From Candidatus Pelagibacter sp. (lineage in GTDB: Bacteria; Pseudomonadota; Alphaproteobacteria; Paracaedibacterales; CAIOTO01): a DNA stretch of 64,000 nucleotides. Position 1 is the first letter of the stretch, and each line of letters opens with the position of its first letter. Location of the stretch: positions 18,437 to 82,436 of the forward strand of contig PNMQ01000001.1 in assembly GCA_013823725.1 (NCBI GenBank). Direction: 5' to 3'. The position numbers and the translations under genes are program-made. Under the pieces are notes generated by a model. It saw nothing but the letters and a program-made list of their open reading frames with translations. It was not told the DNA's origin and did not search any database. Below are positions 1-9,224 of this stretch, piece after piece.

Positions 1-227
1 GGTTTCCACAACCAATATCCTGAACCGCGTTTTTGATTAAGAATATGTTTGTTTTCTTCAAAAAATTTTTGATCAATGTGCTGTTGTTTGTAACTTATCA
101 AGATATCAAATTTTTTATTGATTGCTTTTGTTAATGCATAATTAGCATTTGCATGATGTGCTTCACCATTTGAAAAAGTAAGATATACCTTTAAATCATT
201 GGTCTTGGACTCAGTCGGGCTAACCAT
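1..227 (-). CDS. Partial ORF with only the N-terminal ~75 codons in the window; function unknown, possibly part of the glycosylation cluster
   Basis: Manual translation of the minus strand from the ATG at 227 gives MVSPTESKTNDLKVYLTFSNGEAHHANANYALTKAINKKFDILISYKQQHIDQKFFEENKHILNQKRGSGYWLWKP, open to the window edge. It is absent from the ORF track because no stop lies in the window. I cannot assign a family. Confidence 0.3.
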   Translation of the reverse strand, partial: MVSPTESKTNDLKVYLTFSNGEAHHANANYALTKAINKKFDILISYKQQHIDQKFFEENKHILNQKRGSGYWLWK

Positions 228-300
228 CGAAATATCTGTAAAGTAAATATAAAAGAAAAATGAAGATATCTGTAGTGCCAATGCTAATAGGAATACGAAT

Positions 301-1314
301 CTATTCTTTAGGAAATAATTTTTCATCATCAAGATTTAAAACAGGAATACAATTTTTATTTGATTCTAAATGACATAAACCTAAAGTGTCTATAAAAAAG
401 AATTTAAATTTTTTATAGATAAAGCATTTTATTTTATCGAGTAGTGATTTTTTCTGTGATCCTCTGAGGTGCGAATACCCGCCGTATTTAGGATTATTTT
501 TGTCTCGAATCAATATTTTTACAGGCATGGGGTTTTTGAAGTTATAATCATTCACACTTTGTTCTTCTGGAAACATATAAAAGGGTTTAAGAAATATAAC
601 GTCATTGCGATTTTGAATATATTTATTGATGTGACTTTCATCGTGAACTGTTGCAATGATATGATTTTTAAGATCTGCATTAACATTTTCAAAACAAGTT
701 TTGATTAACCGCAAGTAATGTTTTGATTTCCCACCGTTGACACCTCCTTGAACATAATATTTATTTCCCTCATTCATGGCAATGTAGGAAGTGGATTCAG
801 AGTTTCTTTCATATGGAAAAGACGCTTTATCTTTTTCAAAATAGGTAGGGTAAACACTCACAACTAGATTCAAATTTCCTTCAGGAAGTATTTCTTTGCC
901 AACGGGCATGATTATTTTTGCATTGGCATTGAAGAAGAAAATATAATCATACTGTTTTAAGCGCTCTTCTATTCTCAAAAACATTTTAAATCGTAAAAGC
1001 GTATCATAGGGCCACCCCAATTGCTTTTGATGAATAGGATGCACATTGGTATTTTTCTGATATTTAAAATTTTCTTGATCTGTAAATACAAAATAGTCTT
1101 TCGGATGTTTTTCTAAAAACAATTTTTCAGATGATTCATAAAATTCATTCCAAAAATTTATATATCGACCGGTTGCAATATATAAAACTGCGATTTTTAA
1201 AGGCTTGATGATTTCTTGTTTATCCGAAGAAATGGGTTTTGCCCAAATGTTAAAATTACTGATCAGGCAGAAAACAATAAGAATATTTTTTTTATGAGTT
1301 AAGAATCTGAGCAT
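301..1314 (-). CDS. Glycosyltransferase family 6 (ABO / alpha-1,3-Gal(NAc)-transferase-like) with an N-terminal hydrophobic anchor
   Basis: GT6-like blocks: IATGRYINFW, YFVFTDQ, YIFFFNANAKI (NXN where animal GT6 has DXD, as in characterised bacterial GT6), ERNSESTSYIAMNEGNKYYVQGGVNGG, VHDESHINKY. The N-terminus KKNILIVFCLISNFNIWA is hydrophobic. Confidence 0.8.
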   Translation of the reverse strand: MLRFLTHKKNILIVFCLISNFNIWAKPISSDKQEIIKPLKIAVLYIATGRYINFWNEFYESSEKLFLEKHPKDYFVFTDQENFKYQKNTNVHPIHQKQLGWPYDTLLRFKMFLRIEERLKQYDYIFFFNANAKIIMPVGKEILPEGNLNLVVSVYPTYFEKDKASFPYERNSESTSYIAMNEGNKYYVQGGVNGGKSKHYLRLIKTCFENVNADLKNHIIATVHDESHINKYIQNRNDVIFLKPFYMFPEEQSVNDYNFKNPMPVKILIRDKNNPKYGGYSHLRGSQKKSLLDKIKCFIYKKFKFFFIDTLGLCHLESNKNCIPVLNLDDEKLFPKE

Positions 1315-1421
1315 ACGGAACTAAATAAGAATTTTATAGTCAAGTGTGCAGATTCTTAACCATTTTTGCAAGTACTATTCTTGTTATGAACAGTTGTGTT
1401 TACAACAAGAATAGTGTGTTC

Positions 1422-2264
1422 TTAAAACAAATCTTTGGTTGCATTGTTTATTCTATCTCTTTCACACTGTAGCCTTTCTTTTACATTATTCGCTAATCGA
1501 ACATGGCTTTTGTCTTCGAGGGTGGAAAGTGTTGTCAGAACGGATTTGAAAAGCCAAGAATAATATTCGTTATATCGTTCTGATTCAAATGATGCTTCTA
1601 AAGGGTTGAGTCGAGCTAAGCTCGGATCTGCACCGTATATCACTGCTATGGGTGCGCATTTTTTGACCCAATCATATCCGAGATAATTGCCACTATGTTT
1701 TCCACAATAAAGAGGATGAAATTGGTAATCGGCAGTTTTTATATTTCTAATAAGATTGAAATCTGCATTTTTTCTACCTAAAAGGTGAATGATATTTAGT
1801 CTATCATTTTCATCAATATTTGCTGAAACCCAATAATTAGGATGCAGTGCGGTGTGCGCTAATGTATAGCGTTGTCGGTACCCCCACGTGTCCAAAGCTT
1901 CAGAGTTAACGTCATCAATCGCGGAAAGAAACTTTTCTACTTTACTGACGTCTCCCATGCATACAGCTAAAGTAATAGTGCGAATTATGGGGAAGTCAAA
2001 ATAAATATTAATTTCACCATTCATTTCTGCTACAGGAGTAGATACTATGGAATATTTTTCTGAAGTTGATTTAGCGTTATCAAATTCAGTTTCTGCTTCT
2101 TGAAGAACTTTTCTATAATATTGGCTGGTTGTTTTGCATTGGTCTTCGTTTTTCAAAGATTCCATGCTAAAAATACGGTTGCAAAGTACAGGATTTGAAA
2201 AGAGAAAAATAAAAGCAATGCTTCTTGTGATTTTTAAAATATTTTCTATTTTATATATAAACAT
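1422..2264 (-). CDS. Hypothetical protein with an N-terminal hydrophobic segment
   Basis: 280-aa ORF with N-terminal ITRSIAFIFLFSNPVLC. No family recognised. One weak ankyrin-like stretch (TLAHTALHPN...IIHLLGRKNADFN). Confidence 0.4.
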   Translation of the reverse strand: MFIYKIENILKITRSIAFIFLFSNPVLCNRIFSMESLKNEDQCKTTSQYYRKVLQEAETEFDNAKSTSEKYSIVSTPVAEMNGEINIYFDFPIIRTITLAVCMGDVSKVEKFLSAIDDVNSEALDTWGYRQRYTLAHTALHPNYWVSANIDENDRLNIIHLLGRKNADFNLIRNIKTADYQFHPLYCGKHSGNYLGYDWVKKCAPIAVIYGADPSLARLNPLEASFESERYNEYYSWLFKSVLTTLSTLEDKSHVRLANNVKERLQCERDRINNATKDLF

Positions 2265-2461
2265 ATTTATATATCCATAAAGTTAACTGATTGAAATATT
2301 AATGACTTTTTATTTAACTGTCAATATCTGAAATATGGTAAACATATATCTTTATTTAAGTATGATAAAGACTAAAAATTATAATTTATGTGAATTCACT
2401 TTATAAGTAGGATATGGTATTTTAAAGGGTATATTCTAAATTTGAAGAAAGTTTTTTATTA

Positions 2462-3478
2462 ATGTCCCTATTTAAAAAGGCTTCTGTGGTCAAGACAATA
2501 TTGGCTTTATGTGTAATCTTGATATTAGGTATCCAAGCTATTAATAAAGTTAATAAATATTACAGATATGGAAAATTTGATTTTTTAAAAATATCGACGA
2601 ATGCTCCTTATATTGTTTCGGAGGGATTCGAGAATCATGTAACAGCAACCCTTACGGGTCGTTTGGGTAATCAAATGTTTGTGTATGCTACAGCTTATGC
2701 TTTGGGTCAAAAACTTCATAAGCCTGTTGCTATCGCAAAACGATATTGCGATAGAACGTATGATTTAGGTATTTTTAATATTCCTCAGGAATTTAACGAT
2801 ATTCAAAAGATATGGTCTGTTCGTTCCTGGGTTATACCTGCAGAAAAAAAAGCATCTCTTTGGGATCAAAATTGGTTTTATTATGACGATTCCATTTGGT
2901 CTATTCCTGCTTCACAAAAAAATATAGTTCTTAAGGGGCATATGCAATCGCCACTGTATTTTGAAGCATATGCGGAAGACTTGCGCAATAAGGTTTTTGT
3001 TTTAAATAAGGATCTAAGCGTAATTGCGCAAGGTTGGAAGAGAAAAATTAATGCTGCTAAAATTTCGGTCTCACTGCATGTGCGCAGAGGTGATTATCTT
3101 AATTTTACTATTTTTAATGGACCCGATATTCACTATTATAAAAGAGCCGTTCGCTTAATGATGGATCTTTTGGGTGAAGATATAGAATTTTTCATTTTCT
3201 CGGATGATTTTGATTATATAAAAGAAAATTTTTCTTGGATTAAAAAGGCGCATTACGTCAACAGCGATTCACGTTATTCTTATGAAGATATGTTTCTCAT
3301 GTCTGAATGTCACCACAATATTATTGCAAATAGTTCCTACAGTTGGTGGGGTGCTTATTTGAATAAACACAAAAAGAAAAAAGTAATAGCACCAATCCAT
3401 TGGTTTTCTAGAGAATATCAGCTTTATAAGTGTCCGACAATTGATTTATACCCAAAAGATTGGATTCTTTTAAAATAG
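2462..3478 (+). CDS. Glycosyltransferase family 11, alpha-1,2-fucosyltransferase-like, with an N-terminal hydrophobic anchor
   Basis: GT11 motifs: TGRLGNQMFVYATAYAL, HVRRGDY, FIFSDD, NSSYSWWGAYL. The N-terminal KTILALCVILILGIQAI is a TM or signal-anchor-like segment. Confidence 0.85.
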   Translation: MSLFKKASVVKTILALCVILILGIQAINKVNKYYRYGKFDFLKISTNAPYIVSEGFENHVTATLTGRLGNQMFVYATAYALGQKLHKPVAIAKRYCDRTYDLGIFNIPQEFNDIQKIWSVRSWVIPAEKKASLWDQNWFYYDDSIWSIPASQKNIVLKGHMQSPLYFEAYAEDLRNKVFVLNKDLSVIAQGWKRKINAAKISVSLHVRRGDYLNFTIFNGPDIHYYKRAVRLMMDLLGEDIEFFIFSDDFDYIKENFSWIKKAHYVNSDSRYSYEDMFLMSECHHNIIANSSYSWWGAYLNKHKKKKVIAPIHWFSREYQLYKCPTIDLYPKDWILLK

Positions 3479-3479
3479 A

Positions 3480-4340
3480 TTATTTCAAACAACCCTGAAT
3501 ACTGAATATGGGGTTTAGGTTTGGTTCTTCCATTTTCACCTCTAACGCATCCCATGATTCGTTTTTATGAACACCTGAATGTGTGAAAAGGCTATGAATT
3601 CCATATTGATTAGCACCTGCAATATCGGTATCCAATGAATCACCTAACATTATGATACGATTTTTATCTAAATGTGTTTGAAAATGAGCTGCTTCTTGCA
3701 TGGCAAGATCAAAGACTTCTGGATATGGTTTGCCAAAAATGATTAAGTCTGTGCCATCTTTTAGGTTTAAGTTTTTAGTAATTTCCTGATATTGCGCTGC
3801 TAATGCACCTGCACAAATATATTTTGAATCACCTATGTAAACGTATTTATCCGCATTAGCACAAAGAACAGGTAATCGAAGGTGGGCAATTTCTGTAAGG
3901 ACTTCGGTAAAATCTGCAGTAGATGTTTCCCATCCTTCTGTTCCTGTCAGTAGGACAAAGTCAGCTTCATTTAAAGGAACAGATTCACATAGATTTTCAT
4001 AAAGATTAAAATCTCTTTCTGGACCTATATGATACAATTTTTGACCTTTATATTTTTTTTCAATATGTTGTCTGCAGACTAAACCAGACGTAATGATGCT
4101 ATCAAAAAGTTGATCTGTATCGATATTCATATTGGTTTTAAGAAGATGTCTTACCATATCTGGAACGCGAGGTGCATTAGATATGACAATCAGTGTTTTA
4201 CCTTGTTCTTTTAGCTTTTTGAATACATCTATGGCGCTTGGAAAAGGTTCTTTCCCGTTATGGGTTAATCCCCATAAATCAATAAAATAAACGTCGTAAT
4301 GGGATGAATAATCTAATAGGGAAGAAATAATTTGCGTCAT
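3480..4340 (-). CDS. HAD-superfamily subfamily IIA hydrolase (sugar-phosphatase-like)
   Basis: FIDLWGLTHNG near the N-terminus (DxxG nucleophile motif), ISNAPR, and MLGDSLDTDIAGA (HAD motif IV). Confidence 0.75.
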   Translation of the reverse strand: MTQIISSLLDYSSHYDVYFIDLWGLTHNGKEPFPSAIDVFKKLKEQGKTLIVISNAPRVPDMVRHLLKTNMNIDTDQLFDSIITSGLVCRQHIEKKYKGQKLYHIGPERDFNLYENLCESVPLNEADFVLLTGTEGWETSTADFTEVLTEIAHLRLPVLCANADKYVYIGDSKYICAGALAAQYQEITKNLNLKDGTDLIIFGKPYPEVFDLAMQEAAHFQTHLDKNRIIMLGDSLDTDIAGANQYGIHSLFTHSGVHKNESWDALEVKMEEPNLNPIFSIQGCLK

Positions 4341-4377
4341 TTTGTAGCTTTTTTTAAGTCTCTTTTAAAGATAGCAT

Positions 4378-4404
4378 AAAAAAAACCCGCTATAAAGCGG
4401 GTTT
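4378..4404 (-). terminator. Rho-independent terminator downstream of the DsbA-like gene
   Basis: Stem cccgc/gcggg (4386-4390 and 4397-4401) with a 6-nt loop. On the minus strand it is followed by a U-run (the plus-strand A-run at 4378-4385). Confidence 0.6.
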
Positions 4405-4427
4405 CTATTTTGAGAAATCAAAGATAC

Positions 4428-5531
4428 TTAATCTTTGGCGCTATCTTTTTTATCTTCCGATTTTACATCATCTTTTTTTTCTTCAGCTTTAGAAGATTTT
4501 GTATCCTTTTCAGATTTTTTTGTTGGTGTTGAATCAGATGTGTTATTAATAGCTTTAATTTCCTTATCCAATTCTTCTTGTGTCATTTTTGGTGATTGTG
4601 TAATGTCTTCACCTTTTTTAACGCGAATAGCAAGTTCCAAATAACCTTCAGGTCTTGATGGTGGTACGTTTACAAGTTTTCCATCTGAGTTTTGTGCAAA
4701 GATTGTTGGAAAGCCATCAATAAGTTTTTGAACAACGGTATTGTTGGAATTGATAACAGATTTAGCCGTTCCTTTGTCAAAGTCTGTTCCGAATTTTTTA
4801 GAATCTAAACCAACTTTATCGGCAAGCAATAAGAATGATGCTTTATCAGAACCTTGTTTTTCATCCACAAGACCTAACAAAAATTGTGCTGCTTTATCTC
4901 CATCTTGTAGTCTTGCTGTATAAACTGCATTCGCAAGATTTTCAGAAGGTTCTGGGTTGAGAAGTGATCCAATAACAAAGTGGAATTGAACCATTTTTGT
5001 TTTCTTTGACAAATCAGATGCAATTTTCACAAGGTTGTGACAGTGCGGACAAGACAAATCGATGAAAGCAAAAAGCTTCAATGTCGCTGACTTTGGACCA
5101 AATGTTACGGCATTTTTTTCAAATTCATCTTTAAGAACGCTTGCAGCTTTTACTTTTTCATCACGATCTTTTTCTTGTTGTTTTTGCATACCTTCTTGCA
5201 TGGCTTTCATGAACACATCACTTTTGCTTTTCACAAGTTCTAGCACGACTTCTTCAATTTGCTTAGTTTGTTCTTCGTTAAATTTACCTGACATTGCAAT
5301 TGATGACGCAGCAAGAGATTCTGATTTTGTTTTTCCTTCATCAGAGGACTTTGCTTCTGATGTTTCTTTTTCAGATTGAGAAATTTCTGTTTTTTTGTTG
5401 TCAACAGGTCTATCACTGGAATGTGGTTTTGACATAATAAGGTAGGCAACTACAGCAACAGCAGTCACACCAATGGCTGCCATCATGTTTTTTTGGTTTT
5501 TTTGAGGAGGGGTATTCTCTTGATTTTCCAT
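4428..5531 (-). CDS. DsbA-family thiol:disulfide oxidoreductase-like protein, membrane-anchored, with K/E/S-rich N- and C-terminal extensions
   Basis: N-terminal TM segment MMAAIGVTAVAVVAYLIM. CxxC active site in FAFIDLSCPHCHNL within a thioredoxin-fold-sized core. Low-complexity lysine/serine-rich tails. Confidence 0.6.
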   Translation of the reverse strand: MENQENTPPQKNQKNMMAAIGVTAVAVVAYLIMSKPHSSDRPVDNKKTEISQSEKETSEAKSSDEGKTKSESLAASSIAMSGKFNEEQTKQIEEVVLELVKSKSDVFMKAMQEGMQKQQEKDRDEKVKAASVLKDEFEKNAVTFGPKSATLKLFAFIDLSCPHCHNLVKIASDLSKKTKMVQFHFVIGSLLNPEPSENLANAVYTARLQDGDKAAQFLLGLVDEKQGSDKASFLLLADKVGLDSKKFGTDFDKGTAKSVINSNNTVVQKLIDGFPTIFAQNSDGKLVNVPPSRPEGYLELAIRVKKGEDITQSPKMTQEELDKEIKAINNTSDSTPTKKSEKDTKSSKAEEKKDDVKSEDKKDSAKD

Positions 5532-5601
5532 AATAATAAACTTGCTTAAAATTTTCCTATAAATTTAATTTTATTCCCTTCATTGAAAAAGGCAATACTT
5601 T

Positions 5602-5617
5602 TGGCATTGTTTTTGCA
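5602..5617 (+). promoter_or_regulatory. Sigma54 (RpoN)-type -24/-12 promoter upstream of fliK-flgD-flgE
   Basis: tGGcattgtttttGCa matches TGGCAC-N5-TTGCA with exact GG-N10-GC spacing. It lies 35 nt upstream of the fliK ATG at 5652. Confidence 0.5.
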
Positions 5618-5651
5618 GTTATTTTTTTGATAGCTATGAATATGCGTTGAT

Positions 5652-7007
5652 ATGAATTTAGATTATTTAAATAAATTACTTTTCAAAGATAAGAAAGCGG
5701 ATTTTAAACCATCCAATTTTGAAAGTAAAACAAATCCATATACAGTCAGTAATCTGTCTCAGTCATTTTCAGATGTGTATTTGAAAAAAGAGGATTCATC
5801 TTTTGCAAAGAAGGTTAGTCACTCGCGTCAAGCACGTCAAGATTTTGATCAGAAAAGAAAACTTGCTCAAGAATCCAATTCAACAGTTGATAATCGCCCT
5901 GTTGCAAAAAATAATGGTCAGATTCAAAATACATCCAGTTTTAAGAAAACCAGAGATTCTCATTCTAGTGAACAGCAAAAACAATCATTATTAAATAGTT
6001 CACAGTTGAAAGGTTCATATACTAATTTTTCACAAATCAATATTGAAAGTATAGAAAATCAAGATCTTCCTTCTTCATTTACTATTTTAGACACTGAGAT
6101 TTTTTCATCAGATGATCAGCTAAAAAATCAAACAATGGAAAATTTTTCTTATGAACCATTGGCTTCTGAAATATATTTTCCAAATATCATGAAATCACAA
6201 TCTGAAATAATGGCAGATTTTGTTCCTCCTCAAGCGATTATTGAAAAGAATCAAGATGTTCTTTCTCCACAGACAGATATTTTATCTATGAAATATTGGC
6301 CTTTGGATGAAGGCGGTTATATTGAAACACCTCAAATCTTGAATGACGGTTTGAGTGATAAACAGCAAAAGGTAATATTATCTTTGAATCCACCTTTTGA
6401 ACAAGAAGGTTTGGTGTCTTTAGTGGTTAAAGATTTACCTCAATCTCATCTTTTATCTCAACAGTTACTGAATCAACAATCGCACCTTGTAGAGTGGGCT
6501 GAATTAGCATCTGATTTCGAAACGAAAGAAGATGCAGGAATAGATAGCATGGATGATATTCCTGAATTTAATATTTTGAATAAGGCAAGAGATCATAAAA
6601 ATGTGAGAGTTTCTTCTCCAAATGCAGTGGATTGGATTGAGGATTCCTCTGAAAATGGTAACCAAGATTCATCGATGAATTTTATGCAACAACAGCAAAA
6701 AATAGCATCATCGACCATTACTGAAAATATAACCGTTATCGAAAATTTAATGTCGCAAATGAAAGGTCGTTTGAAACGAGAATCAGATCTTAGAAATTCA
6801 CAAATTGATTTTGATATAAAACACAAAGATTTTGGTGATCTTTCTGTTTCTTTGAAAATACAAGATGGTGAGGTGAGCGCACTGTTTAAAGGTGAACATT
6901 ATGAATTTAGAAATTTACTTAGACAAAATCTAAGTTCAATTTCCAAACTTTTTAAAGACATGAATCTTGAATGTCAAGAGCAGTCTATTAACATTATAAA
7001 AAAATAA
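5652..7007 (+). CDS. fliK: Flagellar hook-length control protein FliK-like
   Basis: C-terminal Flg_hook-like block DFGDLSVSLKIQDGEVSALFKGEHYEFRNLLRQNLSSISKLFKDMNLE. Disordered Q/S/N-rich N-terminal part. Sits directly upstream of flgD-flgE. Confidence 0.6.
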   Translation: MNLDYLNKLLFKDKKADFKPSNFESKTNPYTVSNLSQSFSDVYLKKEDSSFAKKVSHSRQARQDFDQKRKLAQESNSTVDNRPVAKNNGQIQNTSSFKKTRDSHSSEQQKQSLLNSSQLKGSYTNFSQINIESIENQDLPSSFTILDTEIFSSDDQLKNQTMENFSYEPLASEIYFPNIMKSQSEIMADFVPPQAIIEKNQDVLSPQTDILSMKYWPLDEGGYIETPQILNDGLSDKQQKVILSLNPPFEQEGLVSLVVKDLPQSHLLSQQLLNQQSHLVEWAELASDFETKEDAGIDSMDDIPEFNILNKARDHKNVRVSSPNAVDWIEDSSENGNQDSSMNFMQQQQKIASSTITENITVIENLMSQMKGRLKRESDLRNSQIDFDIKHKDFGDLSVSLKIQDGEVSALFKGEHYEFRNLLRQNLSSISKLFKDMNLECQEQSINIIKK

Positions 7008-7027
7008 AAGATATAGGAGACGAATAA

Positions 7028-7858
7028 ATGATAGAGCCTAATAGAGACTTTTCTGCACATTCTGAGCAAATGAGAAATTCAGCACTGATGGATCAATTAA
7101 AAATGACATCTAAAAGTGAAGAATCTGAAGACAATAAAAAGATAAAAGGCTGGGATTTTAGACACCATATACAACGTGATTCTGAAAATAGTTTGCACAC
7201 TAGTTTGAATAAAACGGCTGCAGATCAGGTTCAGTTTGCACAAAAAATATTGTTGCAACAGTTGAAACATCAATTCCCTGGCAATGAGTTTGATGCGACA
7301 AAGATGGTTGAATCCATGATGAACATGCTACAGATAGCACAAAATGGTCAATTGAATGAAACTCAGCATAAAAATTTAGAGTTGAATCGCGCCATGATTA
7401 ATAACAATTTAGCTATGCTTCAAGGTAGAACCATAGAGTTTAAATCGGATAAATTTGATTATTCCGGTGGGGAGCAACAAATAACTTTGGTGTCTCCGGA
7501 ACCAGCATTGATTGAGTACTCCATATACAGAGAAGGGGAAGAGAGTCCCGTATTCCAGGGTCAAATGAGAGGTGAAATGGGATCCAATTACATCAAATGG
7601 GATGGATTAGATAAAAACGGAGAAGCTCAGCCTACAGGAATTTACCAAGTATATGCAGCGGCTAAGAATGAGCATGGCAGTGATGTCGAAATAGAAAAGC
7701 GCGTTGCATCTAAAATTACAACCATTGATTATGATTCTGGATCATTAGGTATCCCTTTTGCAGGTTCACTTCCTGTTTATAATCTTAATCGTTTGCTGGA
7801 CATGGTCCGTCCTCATTTTGATTCAAGTGAAGTGCAATCGAAAGAAGTAACAAATTAA
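7028..7858 (+). CDS. flgD: Flagellar hook assembly (capping) protein FlgD
   Basis: FAQKILLQQLKHQFPGNEFDATKMVESMMNMLQIAQ resembles the FlgD N-terminal motif. YIKWDGLDKNGEAQPTGIYQVYAAA resembles the FlgD Ig-like domain. Confidence 0.85.
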   Translation: MIEPNRDFSAHSEQMRNSALMDQLKMTSKSEESEDNKKIKGWDFRHHIQRDSENSLHTSLNKTAADQVQFAQKILLQQLKHQFPGNEFDATKMVESMMNMLQIAQNGQLNETQHKNLELNRAMINNNLAMLQGRTIEFKSDKFDYSGGEQQITLVSPEPALIEYSIYREGEESPVFQGQMRGEMGSNYIKWDGLDKNGEAQPTGIYQVYAAAKNEHGSDVEIEKRVASKITTIDYDSGSLGIPFAGSLPVYNLNRLLDMVRPHFDSSEVQSKEVTN

Positions 7859-7892
7859 CATTACAAAATAATAACGAGAAAGGTTTAAAAAT

Positions 7893-9224
7893 ATGGGGAT
7901 GGATTTTAGTACATCTGTGAATGCTTTAAAAGTGTATTCACAATGTTTAAAGGCAAACGGCGAAAATTTAGCCAGTGCTGGTGCTATTGCTGGTCGATTT
8001 AAAGAAATTTTAGTAACAGGTTCGGTGTCGATAAATAATACAACAGTTGCTCCACAAAATCAGGTGTTTACATTGGATCAAAAACCTATTCGATACATCG
8101 ATCAAGTAGGCGCACCTCAGGCATCACCCGAACCTTTGAATTTTTCAATTATTGGTCGCGGTATGGTTCCGGTAAAGGATGTGTCGGGAAATTTAGGTTA
8201 TTGCCGAAATGCAACTTTTGCAATGGATAAAGACAAAAAGCTAGTCAATTCATTAGGACAGTCACTTCAAGTTTTTAAGACAGATGAAACGGGAAGAATT
8301 CTATCCAATGTTAATCCAAAGAATCCTGAAACATTGACAACTCTCAATTTGAAAGATCAGTATATTCCACCTAAAGCTTCAACGAAATTAGATGTTGTGG
8401 CGGAACTGCCTGTGAATTCATCAGGTGGAAATTCTATGGCATGGGCTATGACGGTAATGGACTCTACAGGGCATGCTAATACGTTAGATATGCATTTTAC
8501 ACGAACTACGGTTCCTGATGGTATTGCTGGTGCATACGCTTGGAATGTTTCTTTGTCTGATCCCAATGGTTTAACAACATCTATCAATGACGCTTATAAA
8601 CAGGTAGATAATGGGGATGGAACAACAGCATATGGTACGACTAAAGTTATTTTTGATGGTAAGGGTGCTATCCTTGGATATTATGATTCATCAGCTGGTG
8701 GAACAGAACTAAGCTCCACACCTCCAAATTTGGTTCTTGATTGGGGAAATGGAAGTATGCAATCAGATATTGCCATGAACCTAGGTGAAATAGGATCTGT
8801 TCAAAATATGAATGTATCGGCTATTGATAGACCTAAAAATGCTAAAATCAGTGCTAATGGTTACCAAGCTGGAGAATTTTCTGAATTTGTTATTACTCCA
8901 GATGGATACGGTGTTATTAATTATACGAATAATCAAAATTTGACGTACTGCAGAATTCCATTGTCACTTTTCCCTGATGCCAATTCTTTAGAAGAAGTAT
9001 CACCAGGTGTTTTTAGACCCAATTTATATTCAGGTGCGGCAGATTATTTTTTCCCAGGTGAAGCTGGAACGGGATTACTGAAAACAGCACATAAAGAAGG
9101 GTCTACCATCGATTCTACAGATGTGTATTTGAAAATGATTGACGATCAAGCCAACTATATTAGTAACATCAAAGCCATTGAAGTGAAGAAAGATACATTC
9201 AACAGATTGATTCAAAGTACCTAA
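7893..9224 (+). CDS. flgE: Flagellar hook protein FlgE
   Basis: N-terminal rod/hook motif FSTSVNALKVYSQCLKANGENLAS. C-terminal EGSTIDSTDVYLKMIDDQANYISNIKAIEVKKDTFNRLIQ (flagellar basal-body rod C-terminal motif). Gene order flgD-flgE. Confidence 0.8.
   Translation: MGMDFSTSVNALKVYSQCLKANGENLASAGAIAGRFKEILVTGSVSINNTTVAPQNQVFTLDQKPIRYIDQVGAPQASPEPLNFSIIGRGMVPVKDVSGNLGYCRNATFAMDKDKKLVNSLGQSLQVFKTDETGRILSNVNPKNPETLTTLNLKDQYIPPKASTKLDVVAELPVNSSGGNSMAWAMTVMDSTGHANTLDMHFTRTTVPDGIAGAYAWNVSLSDPNGLTTSINDAYKQVDNGDGTTAYGTTKVIFDGKGAILGYYDSSAGGTELSSTPPNLVLDWGNGSMQSDIAMNLGEIGSVQNMNVSAIDRPKNAKISANGYQAGEFSEFVITPDGYGVINYTNNQNLTYCRIPLSLFPDANSLEEVSPGVFRPNLYSGAADYFFPGEAGTGLLKTAHKEGSTIDSTDVYLKMIDDQANYISNIKAIEVKKDTFNRLIQST

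Noticed and set aside
469-708. 79-aa plus-strand ORF inside the GT6 gene
   Set aside because: It is entirely antisense to a well-supported GT6 coding region, has low-complexity I/F/K-rich composition typical of AT-rich antisense frames, and has no RBS.
1422-2264. Ankyrin-repeat call for the 280-aa protein between the two glycosyltransferases
   Set aside because: Only one weak ankyrin-like stretch (TALH...IIHLLGRKNADFN) is present, with no tandem 33-aa periodicity. That is insufficient.
4435-5449. Several ORFs (4435..4644, 4741..4923, 5062..5379 on plus; 5240..5449 on minus) overlapping the DsbA-like gene
   Set aside because: They are antisense or alternative-frame products of K/E/S-rich low-complexity coding sequence. 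The translations are S/F/L-rich with no motifs.
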